Origin: an uncultured Candidatus Saccharibacteria bacterium | Lineage (GTDB): Bacteria > Patescibacteriota > Minisyncoccia > Phycocordibacterales > UBA9973 | NCBI GenBank assembly: GCA_964527185.1 | Contig: CAZGOI010000002.1 | Span: forward strand, 31,513 to 95,512 | Direction: 5' to 3' | DNA length: 64,000 nucleotides | Shown: positions 51,202-61,711 of the stretch, one piece after another | Numbering within the stretch: the first letter of the stretch is position 1 | Layout: each line of letters starts with the position of its first letter | Notes under the pieces: generated by a model | Database searches by the model: none | Seen by the model: the letters and a program-made list of their open reading frames with translations, nothing else | What the model was told of the DNA's origin: nothing | Translations under genes and position numbers: made by a program

Positions 51202-51591
51202 ATGGATACACCAAATACAACAAACACGAACTCTACAAATCAAAATCAATCACAAAATCAAAATTCAATGTCTAACAATGCCGAAGGTTTAAAACCAAAT
51301 GTAGCAGCAGCACTGTCGTATGTTTTGGGTTTTATAACTGGTTTGATATTTTATCTTATTTCAAAAAATAAATTTGTTCGCTTCCACGCCATGCAATCTT
51401 TATCTCTAGCGGTAATTGTCTTTCTAGCAACTTGGATATTTAGATTTATGTTCGTCTACGGGTTGTGGTTCATGAGCCCGCTTGTAAATTTGCTATACCT
51501 AGTTTTATCGATAGTACTCATCGTCAAAGCTTACAACAATGAGATGTATAAACTTCCTATAATAGGGGATTTTGCAGAAAAACACTTGTAA
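51202..51591 (+). CDS. DUF4870-like small membrane protein with an Asn/Gln/Thr-rich N-terminus
   Basis: AALSYVLGFITGLIFYLISKNKFVRFHAMQSLSL matches the DUF4870 pattern (YxxGxIxGxxxxxxxKxxFVRFHAxQS). Confidence 0.55.
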   Translation: MDTPNTTNTNSTNQNQSQNQNSMSNNAEGLKPNVAAALSYVLGFITGLIFYLISKNKFVRFHAMQSLSLAVIVFLATWIFRFMFVYGLWFMSPLVNLLYLVLSIVLIVKAYNNEMYKLPIIGDFAEKHL

Positions 51592-51730
51592 AATATATCA
51601 ATATTTTATCCACCGGGTTATCCGAGTCATCGCTATTGACACATTTAAAAATTTTAGTAGAATGCCAATATCAATGTTTAGGTAGTCTTTTAGCCAGTTT
51701 TATCAATTGTTTATAAGCCTTTAGAAGTCT

Positions 51731-54700
51731 ATGAAAAAAAATCTATTTAAGTTTGTGGCATATTTCGCTTTTTTGTTAAGCGTTGCTTTACCTTTCTCCG
51801 CTAGTGCTGATGGGTCGGTTGCCATTACAGAAATAAATGGTCAGCCACCTGGTGCTACATGTCTAGTTAGTCCGATCACCATCACAGTCGACGGTACCAA
51901 CGGCTCGCAGAATGGCGGAAATTATTTCGTCGATGTAAATTGGGGAGATGGAAATGTAGATGCAAATATTGCTACTGGTGGTAAAGGCGCAACCTTTCAT
52001 TTTACTCGAACCCACACAATGACTGCAGTCAGTACCGGTCTGTCGGTATTACTCCACCACTCAAGCGCTTCAGGCAACGATAGTCACTTTACCTTGAGTA
52101 ACCTCTGCTCTGTCCCTCCGACAACAGCAGTCCTGACCGTCATTAAACATGTCGTAAATGACAATGGTGGTTCGGCGGTAGCTTCTAGTTTTCAAGTTCA
52201 TGTCAAGAATGCCTCAAATACAGATGTTGGTAACGGCGGTAATGGGGTTTCTAGCCCAACCTCTGGAGCAGAAGCACCCGGCAAGGACTTTATAATAACG
52301 CCTAACGGCGGGGCATATACAGTGAGCGAAAATCCTTTTTCTGGCTATACTCAAACAGGTATATCTTGTATGAATCTGACAGACAACACACCTGTTAGTA
52401 ACGGCGTCGTGTTGGTAGCTGGCAAAAACTATTCTTGTACAATCACCAACGATGATAACGTGCCAAAGATCAACCCGACCCTAACCGTTACAAATTCTCC
52501 TGTGACATACAATGGTTCGGCTCAACCAGCGACAGTTTCGGGTTCTACTACTGGTGTTGTTAGTAATGTAAAATATGATGGCTCATCTACAGTTCCTACA
52601 AATGCGGGCACATACGCAGTCACCGCAGATTTTGTGCCTACAGATACCTCAACATACAACTCTCTATCCGGTGCTTCAGCAGGATCTTTTGTAATAAATA
52701 AAGCAGATACAGTTACAAAGGTTACTTGTACTGATGTCGCCTACAATGGAACTCCACAAACTCCATGCACCGCATCGGTGACTGGCCCTGGTGGTCTAAC
52801 ACTGACCCCTACTCCTTCATATTCAAATAATATAAATGCTGGTACAGCAACTGCCAGCTATAGTTATGGTGGTAGCGTAAATTACAACGGAAGTAACGAT
52901 ATGAAAAACTTCACCATCGCTAAAGCCAACCCAACTATCACAGTTAGTGGCTACTCTGGTGTCTACGATGGAGTATCTCATGGTGCAAGTGGAAGCGCAA
53001 AAGGGGTTCTCGGTGAACCATTGAGCGGTCTTGATCTTGGTAGTAGTTTTGTCCATGTACCGGGTGGTACAGCGAATTGGAGTTTTACAGATTCAACTGG
53101 AAATTATAATAATTCAAGCAACAGTGTAAACATCGTCTTGACCGCAAGACCAGTAACCGTGACCGCCAATAATGAAGGTAAAGATTTTGGTCAATCTGAT
53201 CCAACTCTGACAGCTAGTGTAACAAGTGGGTCTCTTGTAGGCGCAGATGTTTTGTCTGGTTCTCCTGTTCGTGACCCCGGCGAAGATGCAGGTACCTATG
53301 CCATAAACCAAGGTTCCCTTGCTCTAACTTCTGATTATAGTATGACTTTTCAACCTGGTGTATTCACAATCGGCCAGCAGACTATAAATGTAACCGCTGA
53401 TCACCAAACCAAAGTTTATGGAACAGCAGATCCAAATTTGACATACTCTGTTAGTCCATCACTCCAAGGCCCTGATACATTTTCTGGTTCACTCTCACGT
53501 TCTTCTGGGGAAAGTGTTGGCACATATGGCATCGGCCAAGGTAGCTTATCTCTCGGTTCAAACTATAACCTATCATTTACCGGCAATACTTTAGATATTA
53601 CACCAGCACCGATAACCATAACTGCTGATGCTAAGACAAAAGTTTATGGCACAATCGATCCAGCGCTCACATACCAAGTTACGAGCGGGTCTTTGGTTAA
53701 CAGCGATACGCTCTCAGGTTCTCTTACTAGAACTATCGGTGAAAGTGTTGGGACTTACCCAATAAACCAGGGAACTCTAGCTAATAGTAATTACACGATT
53801 ACCTATGCTAGTGCAAATCTAACTATTACTAAAGCTAGCCAAACAATCACATTCGATCCTCTTTCAAATAAAACAATGGGCGACCCAGATTTCACTGTTA
53901 ATGCCTCTTCAACTTCTGGTCTACCGGTGACTTTCACAGTAGATGGAAATTGTACAATTTCTGGCAATACCGTTCATGTAACAGCAGTAGGAAATTGTGA
54001 TGTCACTGCACACCAAGCTGGCGACGGCAACTTTGATGCCGCAGAAGATGTAACCCAATCTTTTACAGTCGCAACTCTAACACACACAATCACAGCTTCT
54101 GCCGGAGCAAATGGTTCAATAAATCCAAATGGCTCGGTAACTGTAGCAGACGGGACTAACCAATCCTTCACTATAGTCGCAGACTCTGGATATCATGTTA
54201 GCGATGTATCAGTTGATGATGCATCAGTTGGGGCTGTTACTAATTATGATTTTGATAATGTCACAGCTAACCACACTATATCGGCTTCATTTGCACAAGA
54301 TGAGCAAGTAGACCTTTGTCCAAATATCGAAGGTATTCAAACCACAGTACCTAGCGGCATGCACATAAATTCTGACGGCCAATGTGTTCCTGATAGCACC
54401 GGCGGCGGCGGCGGCGGTGGTGGCGGTAATGGAGGTCACCCAATTCCTCCATCAAGTGGTGGACAAGTTCTCGGCGCTTCAACATCTTGTGGCATCTATG
54501 TAGATAAGTTCTTGAGACTCGGATATAGAAATAATAAAGACGCTGTTAAGAAGCTCCAAAAATTCCTAAATGATTTTATGAAAGCAGGACTCAAGGAAGA
54601 TGGTAACTTTGGAAAGGGAACAGAAAAAGCGGTTAGAAAATTCCAAACAGCTCGCTATCAAAATGTTATTGCTCCTTGGAAAAATCTAAAAGGGCCTACT

Positions 54701-54817
54701 GGTATCTTCTATCAGACGACCCAAACAGAGGTCAACAACATAATGTGTCCAGATCTAAAGCTTCCGATCCCAGCATTAATTCCTATTGAAACCAACCCCC
54801 TTGCTCCACAGAAGTAA
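51731..54817 (+). CDS. Large secreted MBG-repeat surface protein with a Gly-rich linker and a C-terminal peptidoglycan-binding domain
   Basis: Signal peptide, then repeated ~80-aa units ([15 protein letters not shown]...[30 protein letters not shown]) typical of MBG domains. Then GGGGGGGGGNGG, then [47 protein letters not shown], which is a PG_binding_1-like motif. Confidence 0.7.
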   Translation: MKKNLFKFVAYFAFLLSVALPFSASADGSVAITEINGQPPGATCLVSPITITVDGTNGSQNGGNYFVDVNWGDGNVDANIATGGKGATFHFTRTHTMTAVSTGLSVLLHHSSASGNDSHFTLSNLCSVPPTTAVLTVIKHVVNDNGGSAVASSFQVHVKNASNTDVGNGGNGVSSPTSGAEAPGKDFIITPNGGAYTVSENPFSGYTQTGISCMNLTDNTPVSNGVVLVAGKNYSCTITNDDNVPKINPTLTVTNSPVTYNGSAQPATVSGSTTGVVSNVKYDGSSTVPTNAGTYAVTADFVPTDTSTYNSLSGASAGSFVINKADTVTKVTCTDVAYNGTPQTPCTASVTGPGGLTLTPTPSYSNNINAGTATASYSYGGSVNYNGSNDMKNFTIAKANPTITVSGYSGVYDGVSHGASGSAKGVLGEPLSGLDLGSSFVHVPGGTANWSFTDSTGNYNNSSNSVNIVLTARPVTVTANNEGKDFGQSDPTLTASVTSGSLVGADVLSGSPVRDPGEDAGTYAINQGSLALTSDYSMTFQPGVFTIGQQTINVTADHQTKVYGTADPNLTYSVSPSLQGPDTFSGSLSRSSGESVGTYGIGQGSLSLGSNYNLSFTGNTLDITPAPITITADAKTKVYGTIDPALTYQVTSGSLVNSDTLSGSLTRTIGESVGTYPINQGTLANSNYTITYASANLTITKASQTITFDPLSNKTMGDPDFTVNASSTSGLPVTFTVDGNCTISGNTVHVTAVGNCDVTAHQAGDGNFDAAEDVTQSFTVATLTHTITASAGANGSINPNGSVTVADGTNQSFTIVADSGYHVSDVSVDDASVGAVTNYDFDNVTANHTISASFAQDEQVDLCPNIEGIQTTVPSGMHINSDGQCVPDSTGGGGGGGGGNGGHPIPPSSGGQVLGASTSCGIYVDKFLRLGYRNNKDAVKKLQKFLNDFMKAGLKEDGNFGKGTEKAVRKFQTARYQNVIAPWKNLKGPTGIFYQTTQTEVNNIMCPDLKLPIPALIPIETNPLAPQK

Positions 54818-54826
54818 TATAGCAAC

Positions 54827-54858
54827 TAAAAAATCCTCCGTTATTGGAGGATTTTTTA
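54827..54858. terminator. Bidirectional terminator ATCCTCC-gttatt-GGAGGAT with A6/T6 flanks, between the convergent MBG-protein gene and the pilin gene
   Basis: Seen directly in the sequence. Confidence 0.65.
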
Positions 54859-54869
54859 GTTTAGATATT

Positions 54870-55319
54870 TTATCTAGTGAGTGATATTACAGCAGATGTA
54901 CCATCACTTGTAGACTGAGGTGCTGCAATTGTAACTTGCTTAGTAGTGCTATCTTGCTTAACGGTGTAACCCGTATCATAGTTTGTTACATCAGTCCAAG
55001 AACCAGTTTGTGGATCGACTGGCATTACAGCTAGATAAGAACTCAAACAAGGTGCAACATTAACTCCACCAGATGCACTCTTCATATCGGTTGCGGTAGT
55101 AGGTAGTGAAACGGCACAAGTGAATATACCTTTATTGTCGACCATATTTTGTTGAATAGCATTCAAAACTGCTTCGACATTGGCTTGTCTCTGGGAGTTT
55201 CTAGAGTCTTGGAATCTTTTTGCAGGGTTTACCGCTACAAGCACTATGGCTGCTAGAATTGCAATAATACCGATGACTACCAAAACTTCAATAAGCGTAA
55301 AACCTTTATTTTTCTTCAT
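54870..55319 (-). CDS. Type IV pilin (prepilin with a class III signal peptide), probable major pilin
   Basis: MKKNKGFTLIEVLVVIGIIAILAAI: the G/FTLIE prepilin peptidase site followed by a hydrophobic helix. Last gene of the minus-strand pilus operon. Confidence 0.8.
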   Translation of the reverse strand: MKKNKGFTLIEVLVVIGIIAILAAIVLVAVNPAKRFQDSRNSQRQANVEAVLNAIQQNMVDNKGIFTCAVSLPTTATDMKSASGGVNVAPCLSSYLAVMPVDPQTGSWTDVTNYDTGYTVKQDSTTKQVTIAAPQSTSDGTSAVISLTR

Positions 55320-55411
55320 AATATTTTGGCTAATAACCTACTCTTCGACTTATTTTTAATATGCTTGCCATACTATCATTAGATAAGCACTTTGTAAAGG
55401 AAGATTATTCA

Positions 55412-55819
55412 CTACTGCTCTTGCCAAGAAACTACGGACATATTGGTTGAGTTTAAAATAATTTGAAATGTAGAATAGTAAGTATTGTTATAATTAGCCT
55501 TGGTTACGATAGTTATATTACCAGACCGTGGCGGATTAGGATTTATAGAATAAATATCACATTTATTAGTACCAATTGGTATGGCATGATCTATCGAAAC
55601 TAAATTGTAATTTAGATCATTAGATAGTTTTATAATGGCCGTATCGGCACACGCTTCCGCTAGCGCATCACTTCTTTTTTTTAGTTCTGAATCAAGTATG
55701 TTGTAACGATTGTAAAAGCCCGTCAAACTTATATTTACCACAACCAACAACAAAACAACCGATATAATTATCGCAGAAATAAGCGCTATAAAACCAGAAG
55801 ATTTTTTATGATTAATCAT
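55412..55819 (-). CDS. Pilin-like/pseudopilin-like protein with a degenerate prepilin motif (hypothetical)
   Basis: SSGFIALISAIIISVVLLLVV resembles a prepilin N-terminus but lacks the Glu at +5. The position in the operon supports a pilus role. Confidence 0.4.
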   Translation of the reverse strand: MINHKKSSGFIALISAIIISVVLLLVVVNISLTGFYNRYNILDSELKKRSDALAEACADTAIIKLSNDLNYNLVSIDHAIPIGTNKCDIYSINPNPPRSGNITIVTKANYNNTYYSTFQIILNSTNMSVVSWQEQ

Positions 55820-56289
55820 TTCCTTATGTACTTAGTTGTAGTAAAATCAAGACCATCTATGGTAGCTATCGCGGTGATACCCGACGGGCTTCCGCTTATA
55901 CTAGAAAATTTAAGACAACTAATTGATACATTTGATGTCGTTAGCGGATAATACGCTCCTCCGTGTTCACTGATTTCTATATAATTTACTCCACTGACGG
56001 TATTAAATCTAATGGCAATAGGGCTAAGTGATGCATCAGATTTGGTTACAGATAGACTTTGGTTACACGCGGTCCCAGCAATTATAGGAATGGTGCTTGG
56101 GTCAATACCAGATAGGGCCCAATCTAGTTTTCTCAAGACAAAATTAGCTTCTTCTTGAGTAGTATTTTTTGAATTTAGTTTATTAGAAGAATCAAAAAGT
56201 TGGTACGTCACAGCAAAAGCACTACCTATGAGTATAGAAAAAAGTGCAACATAAACAATAACCTCAATCAATGTAAAACCTTTTGTCAT
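55816..56289 (-). CDS. Prepilin-type N-terminal cleavage/methylation domain protein (minor pilin)
   Basis: MTKGFTLIEVIVYVALFSILIGSA. Confidence 0.7.
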   Translation of the reverse strand: MTKGFTLIEVIVYVALFSILIGSAFAVTYQLFDSSNKLNSKNTTQEEANFVLRKLDWALSGIDPSTIPIIAGTACNQSLSVTKSDASLSPIAIRFNTVSGVNYIEISEHGGAYYPLTTSNVSISCLKFSSISGSPSGITAIATIDGLDFTTTKYIRK

Positions 56290-56294
56290 TTATT

Positions 56295-57824
56295 TTACTG
56301 GCCGTTATAAATAATTCTCAGTGCATCATTACCCTGGCTTGCTACATAGACCCAACTGTCTTGATATTTTATACCATTGTATATTACATTGGGGAAGTTG
56401 AAATTACTAACACGGGTCAAATTACTTGGACTCGATGTCCAAGCTTGAAATTCATTACTAAGTTTTGCCGTAGCCAAGAAAGCAAATGACCCACTTACAG
56501 ATAGACCTATGACACTTGTTCCGATATCAGCCTGACCAATGAGCGGTAGAGCAGATCCACTCAAAGGATTACTAATATCATAAACAAACAAATCAGAACC
56601 TGATGGATCAGACATACGACCAAAATATAAATAACTGCCTATTGCATAAACAGCTTGCCCATCTTGATATTTAGAGAAACTTGGTTCGGCGCTCGTTGCC
56701 TCGTTTACATTTATGGTTGACGGAGGGTAAGTGATGTCATAGACACTAAGTGGTGCAGAATTTTTGTCTGTCGCCATATATACAACATAGTGTGTCACAC
56801 TTGAAATTATTTTTTTTGTTACAACTAAACCCTCGACTGTTCTCCCAAGGTCTGTACCAGTGCCTATCTCACTTGGTTTTGTCGGGTCAGACACATCAAA
56901 AACATGTAATTCCGGGCCAGCTGTAAATTGAGTGACAACATAAACTTTATTATCAAAATAATACAACCTCCAAGCAGCAGGGTAGGAGCCAGAGACTCCA
57001 GCTAAAGATTTTACGGCCTTCGAGACTGGGGCAGTTGGCGTCGTAACATCTATGACCTCAAATTGACCTGCATTTGTTCCTGTGTCTCGAGCTGCAAATG
57101 CATATATCTTACCATTTTGGTATTTTGCTACTCTTATATCGTTCATTTTTGCATATTTTGAATAACCAATGCTATCGTCAAAGCCATTTGTAAAGCTAAG
57201 GAATAACCCACTACTTGTTCCTTGTGCGACACCATTTGTATCTGCAATTTCTAAAAATGGGGTCTTGTCTGCACTCATATAGACAATTTTACTCAAAACG
57301 TCAAGGCCAGTTGGTTTCCCTGGGTTAAAATTACTCGAAGCCCAGGTTGCCGGCGGATTCCAACCAGATGGTGGCGGAGTCGAATCGCATGTCCCACCGA
57401 GCGCCACAGCACTCGAAATATCACCGAGATGTGTCGTAAAATCAATACTAAGGTTGCGAGTACCCTCAGTCCAGCTAGTCGAACTCTTTATATCTTCTCC
57501 GCACTGTGTTATTGATGTTGGGTCTATGGCCAGTATTCTATTGTAGAATGAATCATAAGTCCCGCTACACTTTGCGGATGAAGAATCGTCGCAATTTTTT
57601 ACTGAGCTATAATCATTACGCGAGTCAGCTCTGGCTTTTTCAAGTAAAGCTTGCGCTTTAAATATCGCCTCATTGTTTATTTGTGAATCGACTGTTACAG
57701 ATTGATTACTAAAAGCTACTACTATGATAGCGCTCATACAAACAATCACGATAGAAAAAGCTATGAGAATCTCAAGTGTCGACATTCCGCTATTTAATTT
57801 TTTACCAAGTAATTGTACCTTCAT
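56295..57824 (-). CDS. Prepilin-type protein (509 aa) fused to a beta-propeller-like repeat domain (LVIVD-like repeats); candidate pilus-associated adhesin
   Basis: The N-terminal prepilin site SGMSTLEILIAFSIVIV follows a 12-aa leader. The C-terminal half has recurring (V/L)YDI(S/T)xP / VFDVSDPTKP-type motifs spaced ~50-60 aa apart, resembling LVIVD/beta-propeller blades. Confidence 0.6.
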   Translation of the reverse strand: MKVQLLGKKLNSGMSTLEILIAFSIVIVCMSAIIVVAFSNQSVTVDSQINNEAIFKAQALLEKARADSRNDYSSVKNCDDSSSAKCSGTYDSFYNRILAIDPTSITQCGEDIKSSTSWTEGTRNLSIDFTTHLGDISSAVALGGTCDSTPPPSGWNPPATWASSNFNPGKPTGLDVLSKIVYMSADKTPFLEIADTNGVAQGTSSGLFLSFTNGFDDSIGYSKYAKMNDIRVAKYQNGKIYAFAARDTGTNAGQFEVIDVTTPTAPVSKAVKSLAGVSGSYPAAWRLYYFDNKVYVVTQFTAGPELHVFDVSDPTKPSEIGTGTDLGRTVEGLVVTKKIISSVTHYVVYMATDKNSAPLSVYDITYPPSTINVNEATSAEPSFSKYQDGQAVYAIGSYLYFGRMSDPSGSDLFVYDISNPLSGSALPLIGQADIGTSVIGLSVSGSFAFLATAKLSNEFQAWTSSPSNLTRVSNFNFPNVIYNGIKYQDSWVYVASQGNDALRIIYNGQ

Positions 57825-58278
57825 TGTTTATTAAAATATGAGCTGATTTTGTGCCATCGGTCAAGAGTATATCAATCGGAGCGGTACCTACATCTCCACT
57901 CAATCTAGTAAAATTAATAATAGGAAATTTAGCAGAACTTGAAAAACTAGAATAAGAAGCTATATTTGCATTTGCCGGAATCAATTCATTGCTCGATACA
58001 CCATTAACACAGTGACCATCTGCTTCTCTAAAAATAACATAATTTGGAGCTATATAGCAGACACCGTGAGAGGTATCATACATGTTTGCCATAGACCTCG
58101 ACCGCGCTTTTTCTAGTATTGATACTATAGTATATTCTTCTGTTCTAAAAGTATCACTACTGAAAACATTCACATTAATAAATGAACCAAAAGTTATGAT
58201 CATTCCGATTACTGCTATGACTATTAATATCTCGATAATAGTCATGCCCGATTGCCTTTTATTATATAATAGTCTCAT
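57802..58278 (-). CDS. Prepilin-type N-terminal cleavage/methylation domain protein (minor pilin)
   Basis: RQSGMTIIEILIVIAVIGMII. Confidence 0.7.
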   Translation of the reverse strand: MRLLYNKRQSGMTIIEILIVIAVIGMIITFGSFINVNVFSSDTFRTEEYTIVSILEKARSRSMANMYDTSHGVCYIAPNYVIFREADGHCVNGVSSNELIPANANIASYSSFSSSAKFPIINFTRLSGDVGTAPIDILLTDGTKSAHILINNEGTITW

Positions 58279-58287
58279 ATGGTTCTA

Positions 58288-59394
58288 CTATTTTACGTGT
58301 AGGTGTTGGGTTATGCCATAAATCGGGGTAATAATTGATACTGCCACAAGGCCAACCATAGCCCCCATAACCACCATAAGCACCGGCTCGATTGAGTTTG
58401 AAAGATTCTTCGTTAACTCTTGAAATTCATTATCGTAATATTCAGAAAGATAAATAAGAGTGTTAGACAAATTACCACTCTTCTCTCCTATGGCAATCAT
58501 ATGACCTATCATAAGCGGGAAAAGATTGGGATATTTTTTAATGATCTCTGATATATTTTTTCCTTTAATAACATCTCGAGACATTTTTTCAAATGCCGTT
58601 TTGTATTGTAGGTTATCTGTTGTTTCCGCTGTGACAAAAAGAGCTTCATTTACCGGCATACCGCTTTTAAGCAAAAGCCCAAAAGTTCTTGTCGTGTTTG
58701 CCAGATTATAATTTTTGGCAATTTTACCAAATAATGGAATTTTGATAATAAGACCATCATATAACATCCTGACTTTTTTATTGTGTTTAATTATTAAAAT
58801 CAATGACACTATGAAAACAATAAGTCCAATCAAGATATACATACCTTCATTCTTTATCAAATCACTAACCCATATGAGGGCTCTTGTTGTCGGCGGTAAT
58901 TCTGCTCTAAGGCTTTTGAAAATCGGCAAGATTTTTGGAAAGACATAAAGTATCAAAAGCACAGTAATTCCAATCGTCGCGACTGTTATTATCACAGGGT
59001 ATAGAAGGGCACTCATAATTTTCTTTTTTAAAATACGTCGTTTATTTAGTTCATCCGCCAGATAGCTCAAGTTTTGAGTTAGGTTACCACTCGACTCGCC
59101 AGATTTTATTAGATTAATAGCGAAATTACCAAAAGATCTTTTAAAGCGGCCTAGGCTTGTCGCTAGTGATTGACCGTTAGCGATATCAGCCATAACTCGT
59201 TTAAGAATTTTTGCTTTACTTTTTGATTTTGTTTGCGCCACAATAAGACTCATGCTTTCAAGCATCGGTATTCCTGCTTTAACCAAAAACGATAGACGCT
59301 TGGCAAAAAAAGTTTGGTCTTTGATAGAAAAACTAGAATAAGAAATAGCCCCTATCTTATTTACAGCACTTAATTTTTTTTTTATTTTATTCAT
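58288..59394 (-). CDS. pilC: Type IV pilus assembly / type II secretion platform protein (GspF/PilC family)
   Basis: Two GspF-type repeats and three TM segments. Includes the QGVTGLSK-like region and the C-terminal PIYGITQ. Confidence 0.85.
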   Translation of the reverse strand: MNKIKKKLSAVNKIGAISYSSFSIKDQTFFAKRLSFLVKAGIPMLESMSLIVAQTKSKSKAKILKRVMADIANGQSLATSLGRFKRSFGNFAINLIKSGESSGNLTQNLSYLADELNKRRILKKKIMSALLYPVIITVATIGITVLLILYVFPKILPIFKSLRAELPPTTRALIWVSDLIKNEGMYILIGLIVFIVSLILIIKHNKKVRMLYDGLIIKIPLFGKIAKNYNLANTTRTFGLLLKSGMPVNEALFVTAETTDNLQYKTAFEKMSRDVIKGKNISEIIKKYPNLFPLMIGHMIAIGEKSGNLSNTLIYLSEYYDNEFQELTKNLSNSIEPVLMVVMGAMVGLVAVSIITPIYGITQHLHVK

Positions 59395-60607
59395 GAGTAA
59401 CTCTCAAGATTTCAGCAACAGTTGTTAACCCATCTAGGGCTTTGTTCAGACCGTCTATCATCATGGTATTCATACCGTTTAGAACTGCCAACTTTTTTAT
59501 ATCCGACGAAGAAGCCTTATTTAAAATTGCATTTCTAATATTGTCGTCTGCAACTAAAACCTCGGCCACTACTATTCTACCTCTATAACCAGTGTTATTA
59601 CACTTGTCACACCCTTTGCCATAATAAAAATTTGCCTCCTTACTTAAAATATTTTTTGGTAAAACTTCAGACAGCCTGTTGTATTCTTCAGGTGTCATTT
59701 TTCTGCTTCCTTTACAACTGTCGCATATTTTTCTAATCAAACGCTGACCGATAGCAATACTAACAGTTGAAGACACAAGGAACGGTTCGATTTTCATGTC
59801 GAGTAATCTTGGCAATGTCGTGGCGGCATCGTTTGTATGTAAGGTCGATAGCAAGAGGTGACCAGTCAGTGCAGTGTTGACAGCGATCCCAGCTGTTTCG
59901 ATGTCTCGAATTTCACCAACCATGATGATATTTGGGTCTTGACGAAGTATCGAACGCAGGCCATTTGCAAAAGTTAAGCCAGTTCTCGAGTTGACTTGAA
60001 TCTGTTCGATTCCGCCGATCGCGTATTCGATTGGGTCCTCGATCGTGATGATTGATATTTCATCAGACTTTAGCATTTTAATGAGAGTATATAATGTTGT
60101 TGTTTTTCCAGAGCCGGTTGGGCCAGTTACTAGGATCATTCCCGTTGGTTTTTTGATAGCTCTATTGATTTTCTCTTGGTCAGACTTTGTGAACCCAAGT
60201 GTTTCAAGAGTGAAATTTTCAGCATTGTCTGAGAGTATTCGTAGCACCGCATTTTCACCATGATATGTCGGCACGATCGAGACTCTTATATCTATATTCT
60301 GTTGGTTTGCCATTGCGCTTCGAAAGCGCCCGTCTTGGGCGGCATTGTGCTCGTCGGTTCGCAATCCAGATAGAACTTTTATACGAGAGATTATTTCTGA
60401 ATGAATATTTTTTGGAAGGGTATAAGAATTTTCTAGAACGCCATCGACACGGAAACGAACTCTGAGAGAACCCTCTTCTGGGTCGATATGTATGTCTGAA
60501 GCTCTAATTTTGCACGCATACTCCAATATCGAGTCTATTATATTTATAATAGACATATTGACACCCTTGGCGAGCTCATTCTCTACTATTTGCTTAAATT
60601 CATCCAT
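59387..60607 (-). CDS. pilB: Type IV pilus assembly ATPase (GspE/PilB family, minimal 406-aa form)
   Basis: Walker A GPTGSGKTT, the Asp box, Walker B IIMVGEIRD, the His box LLSTLHTND, and the tetracysteine CDSCKG...CDKC. Confidence 0.85.
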   Translation of the reverse strand: MDEFKQIVENELAKGVNMSIINIIDSILEYACKIRASDIHIDPEEGSLRVRFRVDGVLENSYTLPKNIHSEIISRIKVLSGLRTDEHNAAQDGRFRSAMANQQNIDIRVSIVPTYHGENAVLRILSDNAENFTLETLGFTKSDQEKINRAIKKPTGMILVTGPTGSGKTTTLYTLIKMLKSDEISIITIEDPIEYAIGGIEQIQVNSRTGLTFANGLRSILRQDPNIIMVGEIRDIETAGIAVNTALTGHLLLSTLHTNDAATTLPRLLDMKIEPFLVSSTVSIAIGQRLIRKICDSCKGSRKMTPEEYNRLSEVLPKNILSKEANFYYGKGCDKCNNTGYRGRIVVAEVLVADDNIRNAILNKASSSDIKKLAVLNGMNTMMIDGLNKALDGLTTVAEILRVTHE

Positions 60608-60639
60608 AAAATATAGGGATTTTATATCCCTAAGATTAG

Positions 60640-60645
60640 ATTATA
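60640..60645 (-). promoter_or_regulatory. Candidate -10 (TATAAT on the minus strand) for the pilus operon, about 33 nt upstream of the pilB ATG. A hairpin GGGAT-tttat-ATCCC lies between it and the start codon.
   Basis: The reverse complement of 60620-60660 reads ...TTGTAGTATAATCTAATCTTAGGGATATAAAATCCCTATATTTTATG. No convincing -35 was found. Confidence 0.3.
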
Positions 60646-60740
60646 CTACAATATTTTGTTGATTTTATCAAGTAAATTTATAATTTTTAATATTGCAAAA
60701 AAGCTTAAATATGGGTAAGATAAAAAGCGTTATCTTTTCT

Positions 60741-60813
60741 GGGCCCTTAGCTTAGTTGGTAGAGCGCCTCATTTGCAATGAGGAGGTCAGGAGTTCGAAT
60801 CTCCTAGGGTCCA
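60741..60813 (+). tRNA. tRNA-Ala (anticodon TGC); the CCA end is not encoded
   Basis: GGGCCCTTAGCTTAGTTGGTAGAGCGCCTCATTTGCAATGAGGAGGTCAGGAGTTCGAATCTCCTAGGGTCCA. G3:U70 is present. Anticodon stem CCTCA/TGAGG with loop TTTGCAA. Confidence 0.85.
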
Positions 60814-60845
60814 CAAACTTGACTTATCTATAATTTCATGATAGC

Positions 60846-61463
60846 TTGAGCACAAGCAAACCCAAATATTCACAAAAATCTTTTAAAATGAACAATACAA
60901 AAATTCATTTACCTCGTTCATATTATGGAAATGATATGAGGGAAAATGTAAAGATTGAACCTTTGTCACTTCCGACAATCTATTTAGCTGGGCCCGTACG
61001 TAATGCTCCAAAATGGCAGGAAGAGGCAATAAAACTTCTGCTTGAAGAAAATGAAGAGGTGTTTGTTGCATCTCCGACAAGAGTACTCTCTGCTGAGTTG
61101 ATACAATTTGTTGAAAAGGATGATCCTTCAAAATACCAAACATTTGAAAGGCAGAGAGCTTGGGAACGATATTACTTAAATGGCGCGTCTCAAAATGGTT
61201 GTATTGTTTTCTGGCTTCCAAAAGCACTTGAGCCAAAAGAATTTCCCAATAAACAATATGCACATATCACAATGATGGAACTTGGCGAATGGATCGCAAG
61301 AAAAAAAGCAAACAAAAATATCAACATCATTTTGGGTACCGATGGAGAGTTTCCTGAATGGTCAATCATTCACTATGAAATCTTAAGTGAAATTCCAGGA
61401 GTACAAATTTTCAGTTCTATCAAAAACATAATTTATACAGCTTTTGGGCTTTGCAGTATATAA
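60846..61463 (+). CDS. Nucleoside 2-deoxyribosyltransferase-like (NDT/Rcl-like Rossmann) family protein; first gene of an AT-rich islet 3' of tRNA-Ala
   Basis: IYLAGPVRNAPKWQEEAIKLL resembles the IYFAGxxF N-terminal motif, and AHITMMELGEWIA resembles the catalytic-Glu block GLGMELGYA of N-deoxyribosyltransferases. The start may be internal (60888 or 60936). Confidence 0.45.
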   Translation: MSTSKPKYSQKSFKMNNTKIHLPRSYYGNDMRENVKIEPLSLPTIYLAGPVRNAPKWQEEAIKLLLEENEEVFVASPTRVLSAELIQFVEKDDPSKYQTFERQRAWERYYLNGASQNGCIVFWLPKALEPKEFPNKQYAHITMMELGEWIARKKANKNINIILGTDGEFPEWSIIHYEILSEIPGVQIFSSIKNIIYTAFGLCSI

Positions 61464-61514
61464 ATTTATGTAGATGAAAATTTCTTCTGTACCGAACCCG
61501 TCATTCGTGATGGG

Positions 61515-61617
61515 TTCTTTTTTATTTTGCTTTATCTGCATAGTGCTCCTTGAGAATATGGACCAGATAATTACACTCTCTTGAAAATTGGTTCCAGAAA
61601 AAATCTCCCAAGTCCAC
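61515..61617 (+). repeat. Copy 1 of a ~100-bp direct repeat (identical 41-bp core at 61556-61596), located just after a terminator hairpin (61489-61520)
   Basis: The core ATATGGACCAGATAATTACACTCTCTTGAAAATTGGTTCCA is identical to 62342-62382. The flanks are ~80% identical. Confidence 0.7.
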
Positions 61618-61711
61618 CTTAGAAGACCTCGCCTTAAAAGCAAGGATTATATTTGACATATATATAAAATAATGTTAATATAAACTCAAACAATTAAAAA
61701 ATTATATAATC

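Noticed and set aside
60608-60740. Looked for an integrase, att core duplication or IS ends around tRNA-Ala that would define a classical integrative element.
   Set aside because: No integrase, recombinase or transposase-like ORF was found. No repeat of the tRNA 3' end was found downstream by eye. The islet is therefore reported as a candidate acquired region, not as a defined mobile element.
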